From the NCBI GenBank assembly GCA_038823825.1, contig JAWBCC010000002.1:1-32000 (forward strand): a stretch of DNA of 32,000 bases, written 5' to 3'. How positions within the stretch are numbered: the stretch's first letter is position 1; the number at the start of each line of letters is the position of its first letter. The DNA is from Candidatus Hadarchaeales archaeon. GTDB taxonomy: Archaea; Hadarchaeota; Hadarchaeia; Hadarchaeales; Hadarchaeaceae. Both the position numbers and the translations under genes were made by a program. Under the pieces are notes generated by a model. That model had not been told where the DNA came from, searched no databases, and was given only the letters and a program-made list of their open reading frames with translations. Below, one piece after another: positions 1 through 7,520 of this stretch.

Positions 1-2173
1 CGTTCTCGGCACTCGTCACATAGGGATTACCATAGTACATCCAGATCTCGTTGTCTGAGTTTTCGAGCCTGCGCACCCAGACGATGTTTGTGTAAGCATT
101 CTCCGCTTTCTCTATCCAATATGGAAGTGGCCCGGATCCTTTGTTCTCGAAAAATCTTATGCTCGGGTATTCAAGAATAGGAACGTCCTCTGGAAGGATG
201 ATTTTTATCTGGAAGTTCTCTGGATTTCTGGGCGAAATCGTTATTTTTCTCATGTACATCCAAGTGTTTTCCGATAAAACCAAAGCCGGGAACCTCAGAG
301 AAAACTTACTGTTCGAATCTGTCTCATACCTGTTGAGATTTGGAGAGTATGTCCTAACGTATATTCTGTTTTCTATCGGGACGAAGCGCATTATTCTCAG
401 AAAGCCGTTGCCGCCGTTTTCGTAGTCTTGGTAATTCGCCAGCAGTTGGTAGACTATTCTTTTATTGTCTATGACGTCCATCCTCATGGCCTCGCCATGA
501 TTGTGACCGCAAACAACTAAGAACACGTTGCTGTTTGGAACGACGAGGTTCTCCCATATATTATTGCCTATCGCGTTTCTTGTGCCATCGACTTCCAAGT
601 ACGAGTGTGTGGCGATTATTGCCAGTCTATCGTTATTATTCTCAAGAACGCTGTTAGCCCAAGCTATCACGTCTGAAGGCGGATTGTATTGTAGGTTAAG
701 CACGATGAAATCGAATCCACCTGCAGAGAATAACTGATAATTGTTCTTATTGTTCGCATAGCTGCCCCCCCAATACGGTTTACCGGCATATCTTGAGGCT
801 GGGAAATAACTGGAGTAATTCGCCCCATTATCCTGAAGATCATGATTGCCCGGAAGTATTCCATAGGGCATATTGTCATCATCCAAAATTCTCATGGCGT
901 TATCAGCTCTCTGCCACTGGATAGTGCTGTATGCGTTGTCGACGATATCTCCCACGTGAATAACAAAGACTATGTTGAGATTATCTCTGTTCTGAACGAT
1001 CCACCTCGTTTGATTTTCGAAAATCGTTGGATAGCTTGCGGAGTAATATTGCGTGTCGGGTAAAACAACTATTGTGAAGTTTTCTGGAATTCTCGTGAAG
1101 CTCCAGACTATCGAGTAGCTACTCAAGTTCCCAGACGCGTCCTTTGCCTGTACTCTCCAATACCATTCGCCAGGCTCTATATATGAGAGGTTCCAATAGT
1201 TCTCTTCTATCCAATCGGACGTGTATTCGATAGAGGAGAAGTTGACATCCCTGCTCACATCGACCTTGTATCTTACGGGGCGGCTATGGTCGTCAACTGC
1301 GGACCATCCAAACTTTACGTTTTCAGTTACAATTTCCGCTAAATTGTTGGGGAAAAGTGGATTGGGAGTTGGTGGAGGTGAGAGATCGATTACCCAATAC
1401 TCCATCTTTCCGGCGTTTTCACCGCTTGAGATGAATCTCACTCTGATTTTGAAACTTTCCGTTCTGTTTGCTGGGAATACCACTTTTATGTTCTTCGGAT
1501 CGCTGTCCCATGCTCCCCTATAAGCGACTCCATAATGCGGCATAGGTTGAGGTGTTCCTTCAAACTCCCATCCCCAGTTATAGACCTCCCAAGTGTTTCC
1601 CATTGCTATCTTGAAGTTTTCAACCCTCGGTCCCGTAACCGTGTAAGTTACGCTTTCCCAGTTGTCATTCCAGGGGTCTGAACCGAGAAGAGTCATATTC
1701 TCCCAGAGATTCCAGTTGTTATACGTCCCAGGAACGTTGAAGACTAGTCTTTTGAAAACTGCACGTTTTGTGTTATCATCAAACCAGAATTGAAAAACGT
1801 AATTATCTGTAGCTGTGAAAGGAAGACGTACCTTTATGTTTGTTCCCTCATCGCCCCAATTAACAAGATCCGTGCCAAAGGGGGTTCCATTCTCAGGAGC
1901 AGTTGTTCCCCACCACTTGTCCCCCCAATCACTAACGTATATTTTGAACTGGATGTTCTCTCCCGACAAAGGTCGAACTCTTTCCCAGACTTCACGCTGA
2001 ACACCGCCGGCTGTCCAGTTGCTGATCCATATCATGTTATCCACATCCTCCTGCCAACTATTGAAAGATCCTCGAACCTGAGGCATGGTGGGGCTCGCTT
2101 TAGCAGAAGGCATAATCAGAGGTAGAGCAAGAAGTAAACCAAACATCAGTAATGCTGCAAATGCTTTTCGCAT
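1..2173 (-). CDS. Secreted calcineurin-like metallophosphoesterase, C-terminus beyond left edge
   Basis: Minus-strand frame from ATG at 2171-2173 gives signal peptide MRKAFAALLMFGLLLALPLIMPSAKAS. Metallophosphoesterase motifs occur in the same frame: VIHVGDIVDN (~930-960), PGNHDL (~838-856), VVCGHNHGE (~490-515). Not in the ORF track, probably because no stop is present inside the window. Confidence 0.85.
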   Translation of the reverse strand, partial: MRKAFAALLMFGLLLALPLIMPSAKASPTMPQVRGSFNSWQEDVDNMIWISNWTAGGVQREVWERVRPLSGENIQFKIYVSDWGDKWWGTTAPENGTPFGTDLVNWGDEGTNIKVRLPFTATDNYVFQFWFDDNTKRAVFKRLVFNVPGTYNNWNLWENMTLLGSDPWNDNWESVTYTVTGPRVENFKIAMGNTWEVYNWGWEFEGTPQPMPHYGVAYRGAWDSDPKNIKVVFPANRTESFKIRVRFISSGENAGKMEYWVIDLSPPPTPNPLFPNNLAEIVTENVKFGWSAVDDHSRPVRYKVDVSRDVNFSSIEYTSDWIEENYWNLSYIEPGEWYWRVQAKDASGNLSSYSIVWSFTRIPENFTIVVLPDTQYYSASYPTIFENQTRWIVQNRDNLNIVFVIHVGDIVDNAYSTIQWQRADNAMRILDDDNMPYGILPGNHDLQDNGANYSSYFPASRYAGKPYWGGSYANNKNNYQLFSAGGFDFIVLNLQYNPPSDVIAWANSVLENNNDRLAIIATHSYLEVDGTRNAIGNNIWENLVVPNSNVFLVVCGHNHGEAMRMDVIDNKRIVYQLLANYQDYENGGNGFLRIMRFVPIENRIYVRTYSPNLNRYETDSNSKFSLRFPALVLSENTWMYMRKITISPRNPENFQIKIILPEDVPILEYPSIRFFENKGSGPLPYWIEKAENAYTNIVWVRRLENSDNEIWMYYGNPYVTSAEN

Positions 2174-2264
2174 TGTATCAAAAACCTTCTCTCGGAGTTA
2201 TTTTAAATCTTTCGATACATCACAGAAAAAGTGAAATCCAGAGAAAAAGAAAGAATTTCTGAAA

Positions 2265-2891
2265 ATGATGTCTACGGAGCTTCGAAATTTGCTCTCGTCC
2301 ATCCATACCTATTCGGAAGAGCTGGGCCTCGATGTTAGAAAATCTGAAGACAGGTTCGCCTGGTTGATCGCCTCCGTACTTTTCGCGAAGAGAATCTCCT
2401 CCGAAATCGCGAAAAAAACCTTCCTACTTATGAAAAAGGAAGGAATCACGAGCCCGGAGGCCATCATCTCCACCGGCTGGGACAGACTCGTGGAAATCCT
2501 CGATTCCGGCGGATACGTGAGGTATGATTTCTCCACCGCCACAAATCTGCTCGAGCTGGCAAAGGAGATAAAAAGACTTGGCGGGCTGGAAAAAATCCAT
2601 GAACAGGCGAAAGACTCCAAGGAGCTGGAGAAAAAACTAGAGAAGCTTCGCAGTGTGGGACCAACTGCGATCAACATCTTCCTCCGGGAACTCCGTGGAA
2701 TCTGGTCAAAAGCCGATCCAGAGCCCAGTACGCTTGCTCGAGAAGTCGCAGAAAGACTCAAATTTAAAGAAATCAAAAAATTCGAATCTGCGCTTGTCAG
2801 GATAAACTTGGAGTTTTGCAAGAGGAAACGTTGCAGGGAATGTCCAGTTAGAAAATTCTGCCGTTTCACTCGGGAGAAAGCAGAGCTTTAA
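2265..2891 (+). CDS. HhH-GPD superfamily (endonuclease III-like) DNA repair protein with a C-terminal Cys cluster
   Basis: 208 aa; helix-hairpin-helix-like LEKLRSVGPTAINIFLRELR and C-terminal CKRKRCRECPVRKFC (Cx6Cx2Cx5C-type 4Fe-4S loop). Confidence 0.75.
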   Translation: MMSTELRNLLSSIHTYSEELGLDVRKSEDRFAWLIASVLFAKRISSEIAKKTFLLMKKEGITSPEAIISTGWDRLVEILDSGGYVRYDFSTATNLLELAKEIKRLGGLEKIHEQAKDSKELEKKLEKLRSVGPTAINIFLRELRGIWSKADPEPSTLAREVAERLKFKEIKKFESALVRINLEFCKRKRCRECPVRKFCRFTREKAEL

Positions 2892-3183
2892 GAGCGATCA
2901 GAATGCCGCCGACTATCCCACAGATGCCGCCAACTGTTTGTCCGAGGTAAACTCCCGCCCTCCTCAACTGCTCAGCAACTGAGATGTTACCATAAACTTC
3001 AAAGACATTTGAAAGGAGTTCGAAGCCAACACCGAGCAGGAGAAAAGAAACGGAAACTATCAGAAGTCTTACTCCGAGACCACCTTTTGCCACTACGCCG
3101 CCATATCTAAGGAGAGCCCCAATGATCGAGATGCCAACAGCCGTCAGAAGAATTTCGGTCAGACCGAGCGCCACAGTTTCCAC
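2866..3183 (-). CDS. Small membrane protein, about 3 predicted TM segments, unknown function
   Basis: 105 aa hydrophobic ORF; its 5' end overlaps the 3' end of the MinD-like gene by 25 nt, as in an operon. Confidence 0.6.
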   Translation of the reverse strand: METVALGLTEILLTAVGISIIGALLRYGGVVAKGGLGVRLLIVSVSFLLLGVGFELLSNVFEVYGNISVAEQLRRAGVYLGQTVGGICGIVGGILIALKALLSPE

Positions 3184-3884
3184 CCTTTCAACCTAATCCT
3201 CTGAATTGGTCCCATCTTGAATTCCTCGCCACAAGTTTCTGCAGCAAGTTTCTTAAATGCAATGGAGGCCCTAGAGCCCGGATGGGAGAGAACACATGGC
3301 ATACCCTCCATCAGACTCTTCATCACGGACGTATCCTCTGGGATCGTCACGATGAGCGGAACGCGGAAAGTCGAAAGTATTTCCGCCTTGCTGACCTCAT
3401 AGCTTGCCACCCTCACTCTGTTCAAAACCACACCGATGACTTTCACATCCTTTTTCTCCGCTATCTTCGTCGCCTTCAGAGCCCTGGAAACCGCTGCGAT
3501 GTCTGGCGTTGTTGTGATGAGAGCACAATCGGAAGAGTTTAGAAACTCCGAGAAGCCTACCGGTGGTGTGTCAAGAATAACATAGTGATATCCGGATTTT
3601 CTAAGAATTTGTCCGAGCTTCTCTCCCTTCAGGCCCTCTATAGAGGAGGATGGCATGACATCGAGCCCTGGTCTGTAGGTGTATGCTTTCAGGTTCTCCA
3701 CTTTTTTCTCCCTCGATGGAATCGGTGGAAAGAGATTGAACCAAAGCGGGAGGTCTGGAGACTCGAGATTGCAGTCTACGAGAAGAACCCTCTTCCCAAA
3801 GTCGGAAGCGAGCGAAGCCCCGACATTTGCTACTACGGCAGTCTTGCCAGTTCCCCCCTTTCCGGATATAACACTTATTATCAA
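3159..3884 (-). CDS. MinD/ParA-like P-loop ATPase
   Basis: 241 aa; deviant Walker A SGKGGTGKTAVVANVGASLA, RVLLVDCNLESPDLPLWF, YVILDTPPVG; start overlaps the upstream gene stop by 4 nt. Confidence 0.88.
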   Translation of the reverse strand: MIISVISGKGGTGKTAVVANVGASLASDFGKRVLLVDCNLESPDLPLWFNLFPPIPSREKKVENLKAYTYRPGLDVMPSSSIEGLKGEKLGQILRKSGYHYVILDTPPVGFSEFLNSSDCALITTTPDIAAVSRALKATKIAEKKDVKVIGVVLNRVRVASYEVSKAEILSTFRVPLIVTIPEDTSVMKSLMEGMPCVLSHPGSRASIAFKKLAAETCGEEFKMGPIQRIRLKGWKLWRSV

Positions 3885-5524
3885 GCCTCTTCACCTGCCC
3901 TCCTCAGGATTTCCACTATTTCCGGCCTACGGCTTGAACTCCATCTCCTCTTCATCAGAAGATATATCGCCAGACATATTGCGATTATGGAGAAGATTAT
4001 CGCGATTATCAGGAGGATGTTTGGCTGGGGAGGGAGAACGACGAAGGCTATTCCTCTCACGATTTCCTGATCCTTAAAGTAGATTCTGACCTCGCCCATG
4101 TACGTCATCGGTTCGACATACTCGGGTAATGTGACGTAAAAGACGAAGGCGCCCGACTTCGTCGGCTCAAGCTTCATGCTAACCCCGTCGGGCTGAACCG
4201 TCCAGCCTATTGGGAGTCGAAGAATGGCTGTCACGAGGAGATTTTCGCTGGAAATATTTCTGAGCGTGAGAATGAGTCTACCAGTTTTTGCTGGTTTCAG
4301 GAACTCCGACTTGAGCTCGACTATCCGGACTAGCTCCACAAGCTCATATATCATAACCACGCGCGGAAAAGCCCAGTAGAGATATCTCTGATAGACTGGA
4401 AGAATTGCTGGTAGCCTGTAAAGGATTTCCCTCTCTTCAAACGGCTGGACACTTTCCAATCTCCACGTCACACCTGAAAGCGAGATATCCTCTGGAAATT
4501 TATCTAGAAAGGCAATTCTGTCTAATACTCCTTGGAAATCGGAAAGAATGTTATCGGTTACGAGGAGAGCTTTGAGAAACTTGGAACCGTTCTTCGCGAC
4601 GAGCTTCACGACAGTTTCCTCGTTCTCCAAGTCCAGATCGATGTGCCTGACCACCATCACATATGGATCTGGAAATCTTGATCGAACCCTTAGAATGGAG
4701 ATCATTTCGGCTATCGAATTTTCCGCCCGAACGGTTATCTTGAAACCATAGTCTCCGGGAGAGACCGTTGCAGGAATCTTAAGAAGGAGATTTACGATCC
4801 TCCTCTCTCCAGCCTCAAGCGATAGGACGCTTGGAAACGACTCGATTGCTCTAAGCATCCAGTTTTCCGCAACCGTGATCCATATCCTCGCATTCTCGAT
4901 CTTACCTGGACCCTCGTTTAAAATCTCGAAGCTCGCGAGCGTCGTGTCACCGGCTCTTTCCTCGATCAGCAGGGGGAACCGCAGAACCCTCAGCCGATAG
5001 AAAACCGGTGGAGCCGGCGGGGGGAGCGGAGGGAGCGGAGGAATCAGCGGAAGTATCTCGAGCGTTGTCCAAGCTGTCTTGGTTGATGTGAAACCCGCCG
5101 AAATCCAGTCTATAACAAGACGACACTTGTAAAATCCGAGCGGAAAACCTGTGACATTCCACGGGATGAGGAAATCCATTCTCGCTCCGGGAGAAATCAT
5201 AACGGTAGGAACAGAAATTCGATGGACTATTTTATTATCTTTGTAGATTTCTATCCTAGAGGTCGGAAGGATGTCGAGATTATAAGAACCGAGATTTCGG
5301 ATGGTGAACGAAAGAGTTGTCGTTTCGTTCTCATGAACCACTGAAGGTATGGCTTGAAAGAGCTCTATGTCTATGCCGACCTCAAGCACCTCTACTGTTA
5401 GAATCGCCTGGGCTTCTTGAGCGAAAACAGGTGATTGGCTAAAAAAGAGAGTAAAGACGAGAAAAAACGTCAGAAGCGCGGTCTTCGAAAAACCACGATT
5501 TCTAAAAATCTGTTCATCCCCCAT
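3881..5524 (-). CDS. Membrane-anchored extracellular protein with CARDB/NEW3-like beta-sandwich repeats and a proline-rich linker
   Basis: 547 aa; signal peptide FFLVFTLFFSQSPVFAQEA, repeated 'TTTLSFTIRNLGSYNL'-type segments, linker PLIPPLPPLPPPAPPV, C-terminal TM ILLIIAIIFSIIAICLAIYLL followed by KRRW. Confidence 0.75.
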   Translation of the reverse strand: MGDEQIFRNRGFSKTALLTFFLVFTLFFSQSPVFAQEAQAILTVEVLEVGIDIELFQAIPSVVHENETTTLSFTIRNLGSYNLDILPTSRIEIYKDNKIVHRISVPTVMISPGARMDFLIPWNVTGFPLGFYKCRLVIDWISAGFTSTKTAWTTLEILPLIPPLPPLPPPAPPVFYRLRVLRFPLLIEERAGDTTLASFEILNEGPGKIENARIWITVAENWMLRAIESFPSVLSLEAGERRIVNLLLKIPATVSPGDYGFKITVRAENSIAEMISILRVRSRFPDPYVMVVRHIDLDLENEETVVKLVAKNGSKFLKALLVTDNILSDFQGVLDRIAFLDKFPEDISLSGVTWRLESVQPFEEREILYRLPAILPVYQRYLYWAFPRVVMIYELVELVRIVELKSEFLKPAKTGRLILTLRNISSENLLVTAILRLPIGWTVQPDGVSMKLEPTKSGAFVFYVTLPEYVEPMTYMGEVRIYFKDQEIVRGIAFVVLPPQPNILLIIAIIFSIIAICLAIYLLMKRRWSSSRRPEIVEILRRAGEEA

Positions 5525-5615
5525 AAATCACTCCGAACAAAGAGAATGTTTTTATTCCTTAATAATTTTTTGGGAAAAATAAAGAAATCTGATGCCTCCA
5601 CGTCCTATTTCTGCG

Positions 5616-6845
5616 CTAGATTTTCCTCAGCTCGATCTTCTTCTTCCTGACCGCCCACCAGAGGATGAAGAGCACTATCAGAATCGCGATTATCGCCAAG
5701 ATGGTGATGAGAACCGGAATTGGTATCGGAGGAGCTGGAGCAATGACTTTTATCTTTGGCTTGGCCTCTACCGAATAAGTCGCTCCTAAACCTCCACCGG
5801 CACCCCCTCTAACAGCCTGGGCAAAAACGTCAACATAAATCGTATATATTCCTCCGAGGGCTTCTTTCGAGACTTTCATCTTCAGGAAAACCCTTCTCAC
5901 GGGAATCCAAAGACCTTCTCCGTTGTCGAGATAATATGCGAGTGAATATGCATCAGCATAGTTCTCTATTTCCTTCGGGATCTTGGGTTGGGCTCTGGAC
6001 GTCCTCACATACTCCCGCAGGTTTGGAAGCAGAAAGTTTGCCTCAACCCTCATTCCAAGCCAAGCGCTGTACACAACCTCAAGCCTTGGCCAATCGGCAG
6101 TTTCTCCAGAGGCAAATATCGTCTCTCCCGAATTCTCTGTGAGGAGAACAAAGGAGATTATTCCATCTTTGTTATATTGTGAATAAACCCAAGGAGTAAC
6201 TAACCAACCTACGTCCACGCCCGGAGAAGGCATTACAGCTTGAGCTATTTGCTCTCCGAGGTTCTCCGGTTTCCTAGCCCAGTTTAAGGTATCTCCGTTC
6301 CACCCATCGTTGTCCAGTCCGTAAACCTTCACTATCTTTCCCTCAAAGTTTTCGTCCCTGTTCCGGAGATATAGAACTGCAGATTCTATTTTGCTTCCTT
6401 CAGGTAAATCGGTAAGGTCAAATTTTAAAAATATCATCTTTCTACTTCCCTCGGTTCCTCCTACAACGAGATTACGGCTTCCTCCAAAAGTTTGGTTTGG
6501 CTGTTCCTCCGAGATATACGTGTCGTCGACTGGTTCCACAGCCTTGGAGAGATAAGAACGCACGGGGATATTCTCGAGCGACGGGATTATTCGGATGTTT
6601 TCGAACCAGCCACTGGGGACGGGACTGCCATCCTCTTTTGTGATTTTCACAAACTGAACCCATACCAAGACGTTTTCTGCATTCTCGGCCCAATTCCATA
6701 CGTTTATCTCAACTGTGACATCTTGACCGTATGGAACGGGTATGGGGAGATCCGACCACTTGACTCCAACGCCTATTCCCGCCTCAACAACGCTTGGACT
6801 TATGAGTAAGAAAAGGAAAAAAAAGAAAAAAGACTTATAACTCAA
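5616..6845 (-). CDS. Membrane-anchored extracellular protein with DNRLRE-like domain
   Basis: 409 aa; signal peptide; DNRLRE-like stretch DDTYISEEQPNQTFGGSRNLVVGG...RKMIFLKFDLTDLPEGSKIESAVLYLRNRD; C-terminal TM then RKKKIELRKI. Confidence 0.72.
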   Translation of the reverse strand: MSYKSFFFFFLFLLISPSVVEAGIGVGVKWSDLPIPVPYGQDVTVEINVWNWAENAENVLVWVQFVKITKEDGSPVPSGWFENIRIIPSLENIPVRSYLSKAVEPVDDTYISEEQPNQTFGGSRNLVVGGTEGSRKMIFLKFDLTDLPEGSKIESAVLYLRNRDENFEGKIVKVYGLDNDGWNGDTLNWARKPENLGEQIAQAVMPSPGVDVGWLVTPWVYSQYNKDGIISFVLLTENSGETIFASGETADWPRLEVVYSAWLGMRVEANFLLPNLREYVRTSRAQPKIPKEIENYADAYSLAYYLDNGEGLWIPVRRVFLKMKVSKEALGGIYTIYVDVFAQAVRGGAGGGLGATYSVEAKPKIKVIAPAPPIPIPVLITILAIIAILIVLFILWWAVRKKKIELRKI

Positions 6846-6855
6846 GCTAATCCCT

Positions 6856-7419
6856 TTATGGGCCTGGGGCCGTGTTCTCTACGGCTTTGACTGTCAACGT
6901 ACCGGTGTAAGTTCCTCCGAGCTGGTCGGGAGCTGTGCTGAGGGCTGGGAAGACGTTGTATTCGTCGTAGCCAACGCCAGACGGTGGCTTTCTTAGGCCG
7001 ACCAACCACGGAATGGTTTCAAGCTCGTGTCTCGCGACCAAGAAGTTTTCATTTCCCTCTTCTCCAATAGCCAACTTCCAGAACTGGATGTTCTCGATGT
7101 TGTTGTCTCCTCCGGACTTGGCTAGATACATTCCAGCATACACCGCATCATATTCGGCCTTTGCCTGCAGATCTGTCTTGACCGTCGTGGTGTCGAGAAT
7201 CCTGATCCAATACTCATCAACAGGAGCCGGCGGTGTGACATTATGCGCGTTGACGCTTACTGTTCCCCAGTCGATGTCTCCCTCGATCGTTATGTCGATG
7301 ACGACTCCGATAGTCGCGCTGAGCGTAGCAGTTTGAGTGTCAACAGGCATCACCGCAGGAATGCTCAGAAGTGTTCCAAGCACTGCGAAAGCTGTTGCGA
7401 AACCCAACAATCTCTTCAT
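6856..7419 (-). CDS. Small secreted beta-rich protein, possible surface fibre subunit
   Basis: 187 aa; signal peptide MKRLLGFATAFAVLGTLLSIPAVM, then TATLSATIGVVIDITIEGDIDWGTVSV; no C-terminal TM. Confidence 0.6.
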   Translation of the reverse strand: MKRLLGFATAFAVLGTLLSIPAVMPVDTQTATLSATIGVVIDITIEGDIDWGTVSVNAHNVTPPAPVDEYWIRILDTTTVKTDLQAKAEYDAVYAGMYLAKSGGDNNIENIQFWKLAIGEEGNENFLVARHELETIPWLVGLRKPPSGVGYDEYNVFPALSTAPDQLGGTYTGTLTVKAVENTAPGP

Positions 7420-7450
7420 TCTTTCCCTCTGGATAACCTTCCTACATCCG

Positions 7451-7500
7451 TCTATTTAAGCTTTTCGCAAGTATGGGGAAGAATCGTACCTTTAAATCCT
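7451..7500. promoter_or_regulatory. Candidate divergent promoters between the secreted protein and the giant gene
   Basis: Minus-strand TATA-like GCTTAAATA (about 7453-7461) preceded by an A/G-rich BRE-like stretch; plus-strand TTTAAAT at 7491-7497, about 25-30 nt upstream of the track start at 7521. Confidence 0.45.
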
Positions 7501-7520
7501 AATTGTGGGGTGGCTAAATT

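Noticed and set aside
1-2125. Plus-strand ORFs of 61-111 aa
   Set aside because: Antisense to the in-frame metallophosphoesterase carrying GDIVD, GNHD and GHNH motifs.
3585-4077. Plus-strand ORFs of 161 and 132 aa
   Set aside because: Antisense to the MinD-like and anchored-protein genes, with no domain or signal features.
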